Shown one piece after another: positions 1-15,000 of a stretch of DNA of 64,000 nt. The translations under genes and the position numbers were made by a program. The first letter of the stretch is position 1; each line of letters begins with the position of its first letter. Source of the DNA: an uncultured bacterium (GTDB lineage Bacteria; Verrucomicrobiota; Verrucomicrobiia; Verrucomicrobiales; DEV007); contig CAXBMO010000014.1 of NCBI GenBank assembly GCA_963977015.1, positions 96,001-160,000 of the forward strand. Reading direction: 5' to 3'. The notes beneath the pieces are model-generated. The model was given only the letters and a program-made list of their open reading frames with translations, ran no database searches and was not told the origin of the DNA.

Positions 1-1
1 C

Positions 2-3000
2 ACGGACGTTACGAGCGATACGCAGTTGGATGCCACCACGATCGCAGCCAACAAGCTCACCATTTCCGGCGAAAACATCATTGGGAGTGGCGATACGTTG
101 AATCAAGTCCGCTTCCAGGCATTTGCCAGCGATGATGGAGGGGGAACGCAGGGGATGTTTTTCGATGAACTGCACATCGAGAACCTTGAGGCGAGCGCGA
201 CAGCGTCGTGGACGAACAATGTGGAACTGGCAACCGGTTCCAGTTCCTCCATCACGCTCGATGATTTCACCAGCGTGGACACGTTGGGAACGCTCACCAC
301 GAATGGAGCGGCTACGCTAAGCGTCAACTCCACCACCGGCGCAGGCGCGCTGGAATTCAGTGGAAACTCAACTCTGGGCGGCGATTTGACCGTCGTAACG
401 AACGATCTGTCGTCGTTGACGCTCAATAATGTGAGCGGTTCGGCGGGCATCATCAAAGACGGCAACGGGACCCTGATTCTGCCTACAACGAACAGCTACA
501 CCGGGCAAACGACTGTCGATGACGGCCGGATTCAGGTTTCGGCTGACGGAGCTCTCGGAACGACCGCTGCCGGGACCTCGGTGAACAACGGAGGTCAATT
601 GGTGATTTCCGATACGAATTACGCCACCCTGGAGGCGTTGAGTATCGAAGGCACCGGTCCGAATAGCGATGGGGCTCTCCTCGGCGCCGGAACCTCCACG
701 TTCGCGGGCGCGGTGACGGTGGCTGGTGATGCTCAGATTCAATCCGACGACGATCTGACCCTAACCGGTGGTATCGACACCGCGGGGAACGAAGTTTTGT
801 TCCAAGGCGAGGGGAACACCACGATCGACTCCGGGATCGTGACCGGTTTGGGCAGCCTGCGAAAGGACGGCGACGGCGTTTTGACGGTGAACACGGCCAA
901 CGACTACGCCGGGGCGACCAACATTGATGGCGGGGTTCTCGTCGCGCGGCACGATACCGCTCTGGGAGCAGCTGCTGGCGGCACGTTCGTGGCTGACGGC
1001 GCCCAATTGCGCTTGGAAAACGATATCACCATCGGCGCGGGTGAAGCGATCACGTTGAACGGGCGCGGCACGAACAACAACGGCGCGTTGTTGAATCAAT
1101 CGGGCGCAAACACTGTTCAGGGGTCCGTCGTTTTGGCCACCGATAGTGAGATCGAGGCGAACGACACCCTCAATCTGGAAGGGACTCTGACCCTAACCGG
1201 AAATCTCATTGCCGACGTGAATTCCGGCGACACCATTAACGTAACCGGAATGGTTACCGGTAGCGGCGATATCGAAAAACAGGACGTCGGGATCTTGATT
1301 CTGGCGAACGGGACCAACGATTTCACCGGAGCGCTGGATGTGGACAATGGCAGGGTTCAGGTGACCGCGGACGGAGCTTTGGGCGGGGCCGGCGCCACCA
1401 ACGTGGCCTCGGGCGCCACCCTCGAATTCGCCGGCGCTGTCAACTACACCGCAGCGGAAACCATCAACATCGCGGGAATTGGGGAAAGCGGCTCGGGCGC
1501 GTTGCGCAGTTCGGGCGGTGACACCGCGATCGGCTCAAGCGTGACGATCGACCTGACTGGGGACGCCACCATTAGATCGGTCGGCGGAACTTTGACCATC
1601 GACCCGAATCTCGATCTGGATTTCAATCTGGAGTTGGATGGCACGGGCGACTTCCTCGTCCAGGGCGTCATCAGCGGTATCGCGGGCGCCAGCTTGGAAA
1701 AGGGAGGGAGCGGAACCGCACGGCTGACGGGGACCAACACCTATTTGGGCGATACCGTGGTCGCGGACGGAATCCTGGTTGTGTCGAACAATTCAGCGCT
1801 GGGTTCGCCTGGCGAGGGAACTGTCGTTCGCGATGGGGCCACTCTGGCTTTCGACGACCAGGGAGGCGCCGACCTCACCATCGCGGGTGAGAATTTCACG
1901 ATCATTGGTGACGGCTTCCTCGGAACAGGTGCAATTCGCAACGATCAGGGTGACAACACCCTGACCGGCACGATCGATGTGAAGGTCGACAGCGAGCTGG
2001 GATCGGGGAGCGCGACCATCGCCTCGGACGCCGATACGCTCACGATTGAGGGTGATGTGACATTCACCCAACTGACTTTCAATGGCGACGGCGACACCGT
2101 GGTAAATGGCCAATTGATGAATGGCCTTTCTTCCGAGACCCTGCTTTCGCAGGACTTCGAGAATTTTGGTGGCGGACAGACTGACCCGGGCGACTCCCAG
2201 ATTCTCATCGAAGGTTGGGTCAACGACACCACGGACGATGTGGACTGGGTTTCCGACCAAGCCGGAACCGGCTCGGGGGGAACAGGGCCGAATGTGGACA
2301 ACACGCTGGGTACGAATTCCGGGACCTACATGTATGTTGAAGCCTCCGGTGTTGGTACAGGTGGGAAGACCGCGCGAATGACTTCTCCGGTCATCGACCT
2401 GACGGGTTTTACCGCCGCCCAGCTCGATTTCTTTTATCACATGCATGGTGACACGATCGGGACGCTCTCCGTGCAGGCCAGCACCGACGGGGGAACGAAC
2501 TGGTCGGGCGACTTGTTCAGCCTGACGGGAGAACAGCAGCAGAGTCAGGGGGACCCCTATCAGCAGGCAGTCGTCGACCTGACACCCTACGCTGGCGCCA
2601 ATAACCTACAGCTGCGAGTTACCAACGTCACGGGTTCGAGCTTTACCAGCGACATCGCGGTCGATGATTTTCGTGTGACCGCCTCGACAGGAGCTCCGAC
2701 GATCGGGGAAGTATTGAAAAACGGCACGGGCACCACGACGTTAAGCGGAGACAATTCCTATAGCGGCGCCACCACGGTGGCCGCAGGAACCCTGGTGGTC
2801 GCAAACAATAATGCACTTGGAACCCTGGCGACTGGAACCACGGTGGCGGCGGGCGCTACGATTGCCTTGGACAATCAGGGCGGCGCAGACCTTTCAATTG
2901 CCGAGGATTTCACCATTCGCGGTGAGGGTGTCCTCGGAACGGGCGCGATTCGCAACGATCAAGGGCAAAACGTCATCACCGGCGATATCACCGTGCCGGA

Positions 3001-6000
3001 GGCGCTTACAATGCCAGTAACCACGGGGCTGGAATTGCACCTGGACGCCTCGAATGTCGCCAGTGTGATTGCGGCGGACGGAACGCTGGACGACGGAGAC
3101 CTGATCTCCGGCTGGAACGACTTCCTGGGTGGCGACAATACCGTGGCCAACGACGCAGTTCAGACGGACGCGGCCCAGCAGCCTCGCTGGATCGCCAACG
3201 CGATCAACGGATTGCCCGCGATTCGCTTCGATCCAGATGCTGGAAATAGTTCCACAGACGACGATGACATGCAGATTACCGGGCTCAATCTCGGCAACAA
3301 CGCGTCTTTCTTCTTTGTCCTTCAGGAAGCAGCTCAGGAGCCTGCTTCTGGCAGTGCGCTTCGACCCTTTTTCAGCGGTAGCGGCGATTCCCACTCCGGA
3401 AACGATCACTATGCCTTTACGTTGAGCCGCCCCGACCTCTCGGATCAGTTCCGGATCAACGCGGCCGCCGGAGTATCGACGGCCTATTCGGGCATCGTGA
3501 ATCAGAACGGTGATTTTCACACCTATTCCTATGTTCGCGACGGCGTCGATGGCGAGTTGTTCCGCGACGGAGCCAGCGCGGTGACGCAGTCCGGGCTGAC
3601 CGGGAACGCGACGGATTCCGTCTACTTCATTGGTGGTCAAGATGGTAACGGCGCTCGTCACTACCAGGGTGACATCGCCGAAATCATCGCATTCAACCGC
3701 ACCTTGAGCGCCGTGGAACGGCAGCAGGTCGAGAGTTTCCTGAACGAAAAGTACTTCGGAGCTGGGGCTGCCGGGGGTGCAACGATCGGTGCTGCGGCGG
3801 GAGGCCAGCTGACGATTCAAGGCGGAGTGGAATTTTCCGATCTGACCCTGAACGGGGCCGGAGAGATCGCGGTTGAGGGTGTGATGAGTTCGCAGGTTGG
3901 CGCGGCCGGAACCCTGACCAAGGACGGCACGGGAACGGCCACCTTGAGCGGAGCGAACACCTACGCGGGCGAAACGACGGTTTCTGACGGAATCCTTGTC
4001 GCGGCGAACGACGCCGCTCTCGGCAACACCGGCGCGGGCACGACCGTGGCGGATGGCGCGGTCCTCGCGTTGGACGACACCATCCCAGGCGCGGCGCTCA
4101 CCATCGCGGAAAACATCACCTTGGGCGCGGATGCGGCCAATCCCGGCGTACTGAGAAACGTCGCGGGCGACAACGACGTTGCGGGAGGGGTCTTCGCCGA
4201 ATCGGGAGCGTTGGGCGACATCCGGATTGAATCGGCGAGCGATACCCTGACGATTTCAGGAGACGTCTCGCTCAATCAGGCTGGGATCACCGTAACCGGC
4301 GCAGGCGACACCCAGATCGACGGTCAGATCCTGGCTGGTGTGACGGTGGTCAATACCTATGATACGACTGTTCTGGCGGATAACCCGCTGGTCTACTGGC
4401 GGCTCGGAGATGGCGACCAATCCAACGGCGCCACGGTCGATAATGTCGGAACCCTTGACGCTGCTGGTGACGGCACCTATCTCGATACGGCAGGATCCAT
4501 CATCGAAACGGTGGCCGATCCGGCAATTTCGGGGGGAGACGGCATCGCGATTGAGGGGGATAAAAAGGAAGGTGTGGGACTCGCCTTCAGCGGAGACTTC
4601 CCGGGTACGACGGCGACCTTTGAGGGCTGGTTTCGCGGGGATGACGATCCGCATTCCGGAGGTCAGTATGAACCAGCGTTGTTCTCTTATGAAGGATCTG
4701 GCCCCGGAGGCGGCGGGAATGAGTTCATCGCGTTGTTTTCAGGCAACAATCTCAACATCTTCGGGAACGGGGCCGCATCGTCCACTTCGATCACGAAGGG
4801 AACTCTCTTCAACGGAAACTGGCGGCACCTTGCCATTACCTTCGATTCCACAGCTTCCGGATCTGGTTCCGCCAGCGTCTATCTCGACGGTCAATTTGTT
4901 GAAACCGTTACCAACGCAAATTGGGACGCGGATTTGAGCAGTTCGGGGCAATTCGTGGTGGGATGGGAACAGGACGGAGCTCTCAGCAACGGCAACCAGT
5001 CCTTTCAAGGTTTTGTTGGCGACATGGCCGAGGTCGCCATCTACGGCAGCGTTCTTGGCGCCGCTACCATCCAGAATCACTACGACGAAGGCCTCGTTAC
5101 GCCGGTGGACCCCGCCAACACGCTGACCAAATCCGGCAGCGGCACCCTGACCCTCACCAACGCCAATACCTACGAAGACGGCACTACAGTGAGCGAAGGA
5201 ACCCTGTTGGCCAACAACACCAGCGGTTCGGCGACTGGAACCGGTGGCGTCACCGTGGAAACCAACGGCATTCTGGCCGGAACCGGCTCCGTGGCGGGAA
5301 CGATCAGCGCGAACAGTGGCGGCGAGGTCAATCCGGCTCTGTCGGCTCCGAACGACGTGACCGGCGATCTGGGCTCCGGCGGCGCGAATTTGGCGACCGG
5401 CGGAACCTTCACCGTCCAGATCGAATCCACCACTCCTGACACCGGCTTTGATCAACTGGATGTTGCCGCTGGTGGAACCGTGACCATCAATGGCGCGGCG
5501 CTGGATGTTTCGATTCTGGGAACGCCCGGGTTCGCCGTGGGCGACAAGTTCAAGATTATCGACAATGACGGGGGTTCCCCGGTGACGGTGACCAGTCCGT
5601 TTACGGTTGGCGGTTCGGCCGTGCCGAATGGCAGAGCGTTCGAAGTGACCGACGACAGCGGCGCGGGGAGCACTACCTACGTGTTTTCGATTCTCTACAA
5701 TGTGGACGGGGACGCGGCTGACCCGCGAGGCACCACCGGCAACGACGTGGTCCTCTTCAACTTCGGGGAACCGGAAACCGAGGTTTCCATCAATGGCGAC
5801 GGTCATTTGGTCATCACCGACATCAACAGCGACTCGAATGATGCGATCACGATTGAGGATGACGGGACCAACTACATCATCCGCGATGCAAACCTGGCAC
5901 TGACCACCACGATTTCAGGAGCTGAACGCGTCGATGGCAATACGATCAAAGTTGCCAAGGCAGACGTCACCGGAGGCGGATTGATCGTCAATACGGCCAA

Positions 6001-9000
6001 TGCTGCGGACACGACAGGCGTCAGCGATACGGTTATCATTGGAGGTAGTACCAATCCCGTGAGCTTCACGGGACCTGTGACGTTCAATGCGGAATTCGTC
6101 CGGTTCGACCAGGATCTGGATGCCACCGGCAACACGGTGACCTTCAATGCGGAGGTGACGATGGGCGCCGATGCCGAACTCACAGCGCAGGACGTGGCTT
6201 TCAACCAGGCGGTGACGCTCAGCGACAAGGTTCTGACCGTGAACGTTTCCGGCACGGGAACTGCCAACGCGGTCACGGCGGCAGGCGGTGGGTTGACTAA
6301 AGACGGCGGCGGAACCCTGACGATCACGGGCCAAATCGATGATACCGGCACGGGATTTTCCGGCGTCGTGAATGGCGGCGAACTCAAGGTGCAAAACACC
6401 ACCAACAGCTTGGGCGAGTCCTCCTCCACCTGGACGGTCAATAGCGGTGGGATCCTGGAAGCGGTTGGCAATGGCAGCGTCAGCGGCTTGGGAAGCGCGG
6501 ATGTAACGCTCAATTCCGGCGAACTGGAGTTCGTCATGCCGCCCAACCCGTTTACGGATGCCCCGGGACAGTTGCAGGCGCGCTACTGGGACTACGACGT
6601 GCGGGGATCCCAGGGATCGGGGGGAGTGAGCAATGGTGGAATAGCCGAGTTCGATACGTTGGCCGGTCTGGAAGGGTTGATTGCGACCATGGGGACGCCG
6701 AATTTCGATGTCTTGCTGCAAGGTGACCTCGATTTCCCGGCGGGAGGAGGCAACAACAGCACCAGTGGCAATCCGTTCAGTTCCATCGGCAGCCTCGGCA
6801 ATAACGACACCATGGTGGCGGTCTGGTCAGGGTATGTCCACATCGACCCCGCGGACTACGACGGCAGCCTGACGACCTTCTTCAGCGCGAGCGACGATGG
6901 CACGGTGGTTTACGTGGATGGCAACCTGGTGGTGCAGAACAACCGCTTTCAGGGCGTCACCGAACGCTTCGGCACCTACGATTTGACGCCGGGCGACCAC
7001 GAGATCGTGATCGCATTCTACGAAGGAACCGGCGGGGCCGGGGTGACTGCGAATTGGCAGGGAACGGCCACCGGCGGCGCGAAGACGTTGGTCAATCCGG
7101 CTGCGTTTTCCGGCACGGGTGGAAACAGCTACTTCTTTACCCGCGAATTGCTGGCCAGCCTGGATCCGGATTTCGATCTGACCAACAACGTCACCGTCAG
7201 CGGAAGTTCGACCATCGAGTTGGGCGCGCAAGTGACCAGCGTGACGCTGGATGACCTCACGATGGAGGAGGGTGCCACCTTGACGGTGGAATCCGCCGAC
7301 ATGAATCAGCCGCTGGAATTCGCCAACACCACGCTGAACGGCGCGGCGACCACGACCGCGACGATCGACACCAACATGATGCCGGTCGTGACGCTCAACA
7401 ACCTGAGTGGCGCGGTGGATCTGGACGTGACCGGCGACGGCACGGTGATTCTGCCGACCGACAACTCGGCTGGATTCAGCGGCGAGATTACGGCGAAGAC
7501 GGCAACCACGATCGAGATCACCGTGAACGGTGCCTTGGGCGATACCAGCCAGGGAACTGTCATTGAAGATGGGGCGTCCCTGCGGATGACCGGCGGGTTC
7601 AACTACAGCCTGGCCGAGTCGCTCACCATCAGCGGCGCGGGCAGCCCGAAATCCGATGGCGCCCTCCACAGTGAGACCGGCGACAACGACTTCAGCGGCG
7701 CGATCACGATCGGTTCCGGCACAACGACGATTCGCACCAGCGCCAATTCGTTGGATTTGTTCGGCGGAATCGACACCAACGGCGCCAACGAAGTGCGTTT
7801 CGAGAGTGTGGGGACTACCCGTGTGCAAACTGCAGGAATCCAGGGCGACGGCAGCGTGCGCAAGGAAGACAACGGCACGTTGGAATTCTTCGTCGACAGC
7901 AGCTACACCGGAACCACACTGATCAACAACGGCGTGATTGACATTCGGACCGCGGCGGGACTTGGCACGACGGCGGGATCGACAACGGTGAATGGCAGCG
8001 GCACCCTGCGCTTGCGTGGAGGCATTACCGTGGCGGAGAATCTGACACTGAACAACGGCGATGGAGAGGGCTCCCAGGGCGTGCTCCGCAACGACGCGGA
8101 CGCCAACATTTTGACCGGAACCGTGACCCTGAGCGGCACCCCGCGCATCGATGTGGATGGGGGCACGACCCTGACGATCGAAGGGGCAATCGGTGGAGGC
8201 GGCGATTTCTTCAAGACCGATTCCGGAACCCTTGTGCTGGACAACTCCAGCAACGTCAACACCTACACGGGAACTTCAACGATTGCCGGTGGCACGGTGA
8301 TCATCCAGAAGGATTCCGCGCTGGGAACCGCCGCCGGAGGCACCATCTTGAATGCGGGTACGAGCCTGGAATTCAATCTCGCTGGAGACTACACCGTGGC
8401 GGAATCCCTCACCTTGGGGGAAGGGGCGACGGTCATCAACCGGGGATCGGACACGGATCTGGCTACCACCAGCATCACGCTGCAAGGTGACGCGACGATT
8501 GAATCGGCCACAGCCGGCACAACGTTCAGCACGGCCGCGAACATCGATCTCGGATTTGGCAACCTGACGGTGATTGGGGATGGCGACACCAGTCTGACGG
8601 GCGACATTTCCAACACCGCGTTCGTGAACGACGGCAACGGTAACTTCTTTGCCTCCGGCTTGATTGAGCGGGTTTACGATATTCGCAGTGTGGACGATCC
8701 ATTTGGAGCCACGCAATTGGGGGCCAGTCTGCAGAGCGGTCCGCGGGCCGGCTACACGACGACGAATCAGGGGCCTTGGGCTATTGACACGACAGACGAG
8801 ACCATCGTCTACACGGGCCAATTCTATGATGCGGACGGCATCTTCTCCTTCGCGGAGAGCATTGATGACGACGTGGCGATTTATATCGCCGGCACGCGTG
8901 TTTTGCGGAATACCTCCGCGAGCGTGGCGACGACCACGGCAACGACTTCCGGGATCAATAACAGCAACGAATCCGGCAACGCCAACCCGGACGGCGGCAC

Positions 9001-12000
9001 CTTCGACTTCAGCTCTTTGCCGAATGACAATGGCTGGTATGACATCGAAATCCGTTTTGCCAATGGCGCGGGGGGAGAAGGCGCGGTCTCGCGCGACTCG
9101 TGGACGACTTCCTTCGGATTCGCCTTGGCCAATCCGGCAACCGCGGATGAATTGCCGGGCGTGGATGCCGGTGTGCTGGATGGCTCCGACAAATCGGGCG
9201 TGCACTCTGAATTGACCGGCAACAACCCGGCTTGGCAGACGGCGGATGACCCGGGCGATGGCAGTTTGTTCCGGGTTTCGATGGAGGGCCGCGCCGGAAT
9301 CGTCAAGCAAGGCACCGGCACCCTGCGCCTCGAGGGCGACAGCACCTACCAGGGCCTGACCGATTTGCAGGCCGGCACGATTGAGGTGGCGTCGGCCACG
9401 GCTTTGGGCAGCGCGGATTCCGGAACGGATCTGTCCGATGGCACCACGCTTGCCTTCGATGGCACGTTCACGATTGCCGATGAGCCGATTTTGGTGGGCA
9501 ACAGCACCCTCCACAACCTGGCGGGTGACACCACCATCGCTACCACCATCACCGTGCAAGAGCGCGCAGGCGGGACGTTCACGCTGAGTTCGGATGCGGA
9601 CACGCTGACGATCTCCTCCGACCTGAACCTGAACCGCTCCGATCTGGACGTGACGGGCGATGGCGACGTGACGATTTCCGGGGTCTTGAGCGATGCGGGT
9701 GCGGCGACGGAAAGTGAATACGCGAGCCTTCTCCTCAACGAGGGGACGGACCTGAAAGCCTACTTCCGCCTGAACGAAGCGACCGGCACTTTGGAAGCGT
9801 TCGATTCGAGTTCGTATCGGGTGAATGGCACGTTCCAGGGCGGTGCGGAATCGACTCTGGAGGAGGCCAGTGCACATGCCAATCTGGGAACGGCGCTCGA
9901 TTTTGATGGAAGCAATGACTACATCGAGTTGGGCCAATCACCGGCTGATCTGGGACTGAACGGTCCCTTCACCGTATCCGCCTGGGTCAACGTGGATTCC
10001 TTCAAGCAGGACAACACGATCCTCGGCAACAGCGCAGGATCGTCGAACCAAGGCCTGCACCTGGTGATTCGCAACAGCCGGGCACACTTTGGCTTTTTCG
10101 GCAATGATACGGCCGGTTCGCAGGTGCTGACTGAGAACACCTGGTATCACGTGGTGTGGCGCTTTGACTCCAGCAATGGAGAACAGGCGATCTTCATTGA
10201 TGGGGCGCTGGACAACTCCAGCACCGGGCACGCGGCCTTCGCCGGAACTCAACCCGTCGATATTGGCCGCTGGAGAAACAGCAATTATTTTGATGGCACG
10301 ATGGACGACGTCGCCATCGTGGGCCGCGTCATGGACGACGCGGAAATCGCCGCGCTCTTTGCGGCAGGGCCGAACAACACGACGGTTAGTTACGATGCCG
10401 ATGTTACGAAGTCTGGGGCCGGAACCCTGACATTGTCCGGGGCGAACACCTACGCGGGTCAAACCACGGTTTCGGAAGGAATCTTGAAACTCGACAACGC
10501 CACGGCCTTGGGCACATCGACGGATGCTTCCGATGGCACGGTGGTGGAAGATGGTGGCGCCTTGGATTTGAATGGCGTGGATGTGCCCAACGAGATCGTT
10601 ACGATCAATGGCGACGGCGTTGTTGCCGATCCGGATACCGGTGCCTTGTACAACAGTGCGGGTAGTATGGGCAACAACGGGGTGGATAATCTCGTTTTGG
10701 GCAGCGATGCGTCGATCGGCAGCGATGGCGGGCGGTTTGGACTCAACGGCGGCACGGTATCAGGGGCATTCACCCTGACCAAGGTGGGCAACAACGATGT
10801 GTGGGTCGGTTCCACGGTCACGGTCGCCAACATCATTGTGGAGGATGGTGTCTACGGAATGCAGGGTAACAACGCGGATAATTTGTTGGCTGGCGGCGCG
10901 ATCACGATCAATGCCAATGGCACGCTGGGCACCTGGACGACGAAAACGTTTGATGCCGACATCGTCATGAACGGTGGCCGGATTGATACGGGAGCCCCAG
11001 GAGGGCAAAATAACACCGTAACGTTCAATGGTGATATTACGCTGAACGGGGCCAATAACCGGTTTCATATCGTAAATACGGCGGACGTCATTGCGACGGG
11101 AGTCATCAGCGGGGGCGGCGATTTGGTGAAGTCGGATAGTGGTGATCTTACGCTGACCAATGACAATACCTACGCGGGGACAACGGCCGTTAACACGGGA
11201 TCACTCCTGGTGAATGGATCCCACACGGGCGGTGACAACTACACTGTTGGCTCGACGGCGACGCTGGGGGGCAACGGAACGATCACTCTGCTCGACAACA
11301 GCAAATCCGTCACGGCATCGGGCACGGTGGCGACCGGCGATCCGACTACGGATTCGGGCATCGGCACCCTGACGGTCAACAACGACGTTAACTTGAACGG
11401 CGATTTTGACTTCCAGATCGATGGCGCTACCGCGGATTTGCTGGATGTTGATGGAGGGGTGAATCTGGATGCCGGTTCGACCCTGACGCTTTCCGACATC
11501 AACGATCCGGTCGACGGGTCGACCATCCTGCTGATCGACAACGATGACACCGATGCGGTGAACGGCACTTTCGGCACGGATTCGCGGTCCGGAACCGCAT
11601 TGACGGAAGGCGCAACGGTGACCGATGACGAAGGCGATGCCTATACCATCAGCTACGCCGGTGGCACGGACAGCAACGACGTGGTGCTCTTCGTGGGTGC
11701 GGCGGAGACCGAGGTGTCATTCTCCGGCGGCGTTCTCACCGTGACGGACATCAACAGCGATAGCGGAGATGACCTGACCATCAGCTACGATGCGTTGGCG
11801 GATGAATACGTCATCTCGGATGCCGCATTGAACCTGACCACGAACGGCCTGACCTCCGCCCAGGTGAAGCGTCCGGACGCCCGGACGGTTCGGGTGGATG
11901 CGGGCATCGTCACTTCGCTGGTGGTCCAGACTGCCAACACATCAGGTGACGGCAGCGACGATTCCGCCGACACGATTGGCATCAACGTTGCGAGCCTTCC

Positions 12001-15000
12001 CGCCTACCTCACCGGAGACGTCACGGTCACGGCGGAGACCATTCAATTGGACAGCGGCATCTCGGCCGGTGGTGATGTGACGTTGAATGGATCGACGACT
12101 CTAGGAGCGGCAGCTGCGCTGACTGCCAGCAACGTGAATTTGAACGGGACGATGAGCTTGGGCGCGAACAACCTGACGGTGAACGTCACCGGTGTGGGAG
12201 GGGCTTCAACCGGCGGAATTACCGGAAACGGCCAGCTCATCAAACAAGGCAACGGCACCTTCACGCTGAATGGCACGGGAACCAACAGCAACGGCTACAC
12301 GGGGTTGACGCACGTTCAAGGCGGCACGCTCGCGGTCGGCGGCAGCTTTGCCACGGATGGCGCAATTCAGGGCGACGTCACGATCGATGCCGGGGCGACC
12401 TTCGATTTGACCCAAAGCAACGTGATCGCCAACGGCAGTGACTTCACCATCAACGGCACGCTCGACATGAGCGGGCTGACTGAGGTGCTTGGGAACATTC
12501 AGGGCTCAGGCAGTATCATCAATCATACCAACAATGGCTCCAACGGCCTGACTCTGGATGATCTGAACGGCACCCACACTTTCGCGGGTGATATTTCCGG
12601 CGGCGGTTCGCTCAACATTCGCGGTAACATCGACGACAGCGGAACGCTGGAATTGTCTGGCGGGACGATCAGCCTCGGCAACCTGCGAATTGGCGATGGA
12701 ACGGTGACGATCAAGGATGACGCCACGGTAACCGCATTCAGCCAGACGGTGGTGGGAACGAATCGCACCGAAATTGCGGGGATCACCGCCGCTTCGGTCA
12801 CCGCAAGGCTGAACATCGAGTCCGGCAGTCTCACGACCGGTTCAATCATTACCGGAAACCGGGCTAGCGGCACGGTCACGGCGGTGATTGACCAATCGGG
12901 TGGCACCGTCCGCACCACCGGCAGCGCCGAAGAAGGCAACGGGGTCCGCATGTCCCATTGGGGCAATTCAGACACGACCTACACCCTGTCCAATGGAACG
13001 CTGACGATCGACAACGGGTTTGCCCTGAGCATGGCCACCACCGGCAACGGGCGATTTACCCAAACCGGCGGGACACTGAACACGACCAGCGTGGACGTGA
13101 ATTCCCGGACCGACGCGAACGGGAACGGAACCTTCGAGGTGCTGGGCGGAACCGCCAACATCGGTTCCGGTGGCATCGTGAGCGATTCAACCTCCAATCC
13201 GGGAACGGTCAACCTTGGCGGTCAGGGCGGCACCCTGCGAGCCACCGCGAATTGGGCATCCTCCCTCGATCTGAACTTGCTGGGAACCGGGGTGGACGTC
13301 ATCAACCTGGACACCAACGGGTTTGACGTCGGGCTGTCAGGTGGACTCAACGGAGTTGGCGGCTTTGACAAGCTGGGCGGCGGCACGTTGACCTTGAGCG
13401 GAACCAGCGACTACCAGGGTGATACGGATGTCGTCGCGGGAACTCTCCTCATCAACGGCGAACATTTGGCCGGCACGGTGGTGGCCGATTATCGCGATGA
13501 TTTCAGCACCACTCCGGCGACGGGTTGGCAGTATCTCTGGAATTCGGGCGGAGACGTTTCCGATCCGGCCAACTACACCGCGTTAGAGGTGGAGAACGAC
13601 CACTGGGAAACGGTGGCGAACGGCAGCTTTCCGGATCCAGCGCCGGGTTCGTATCTCAACCTCACCGGCACCAGCGGCCATCCAGGTTCCACGGACGTTT
13701 ACGCGATTGCCGCCTTTACCGTTCCGACAGCCGGCGATTATGCCATTACCAGCAGCTTCCTGGATCCGGTTACCGGAGCTGGTGACGGGAACGATGTCCG
13801 GATTTTCGTGAAGTCCGGGGCGGTGACGACGGAAGTCTTCTCCACCGCGACCGACGATGCCGTGATTGACTTCGACACGGCGCTGGGAACGCTTGGGGCT
13901 GGAGACGTCATCTATGTGGCGACCGGAACGGACGGTCTTGGTGCGGGCAACGATCCTGGCAATGACAGTTTCAACTGGGACTTCTCCATCTTGAGCCAGG
14001 CCACGAGCACGATCACGGTTCAGAGCGGTGCAACGCTCGGTGGGACAGGAAGTACCAATTCGGCGGTGAACGCGGCCGGAACGTTGAGCGCCGGTTCCCC
14101 GGTTAGCGGAATCGATTCTTTGGAAACTGGGAACCTGGATATAACGGGGACCCTGGAAGTGCAACTCAATGGGAACACCAGCGCGGATTTGATCGATGTG
14201 ACCGGGCCCGTCAATTTGGGTGGCGCCTCGATTCTGACGGTGTCTGGACTCGCACCTGCGAATGGTGCGACGATCACGATCATCGAGAACGATGGGACCG
14301 ATTTAGTGACCGGTCGTTTTACTTCCGACGGCTTCACCGTTTTGGAGGAGAGCGATATCGTCACGGTTGGCGGCGACCGCTACATCATCAGCTACGTGGG
14401 CGGGGATGGGAACGACGTGGTTCTGTTCAAGGGAGTGCCTGAAACGCAGGTTCATCTTGATGCTTCGGGCAATCTGACGATCAGCGATATTGAGAGCGAT
14501 AGCGCGGACTCGCTCACCATCACCTTCGACTCTTCAACCAATGAGTATGTCATCTCTGATGCGAATTTGAATTTGAGCGCAACAGGGTTTGATCGGGCCG
14601 ACGTTTCTCGCCCGGATGCGAAAACCGTGAGAGTGGCGGCGACTGCAGTCACGGGGAATGTGTTTGTGAACACGGCGTTCGGATCCGATTCGCAAACAGA
14701 CACGGTCACGATTGGAGGTGTGGATGCCTTGACTTTTTCGGGTGCGATCGAGATCACCGCAGAGTCGATTCTGATCGCAGGAACGGTGGTGGCCAATGGC
14801 GACGTGACCCTCACGGGGACCTCGCCGACCGGGACTGTAACGATCGCGGACGGGGCTGGTATCGATGCGGGGATTGGAAACATTGGAATTACCGCGGGCG
14901 CGGATATTCTGCTCGGTGGACTGAGCACGACGAATACCGCGACGATTCGTTCGCTCAATGGGTCGATCCTCGACAATGGAGATACCGATGTTGAGATCAT

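Noticed and set aside
26-28. TTG as the start of giant protein 1
   Set aside because: The frame is open to the window edge and begins mid-domain.
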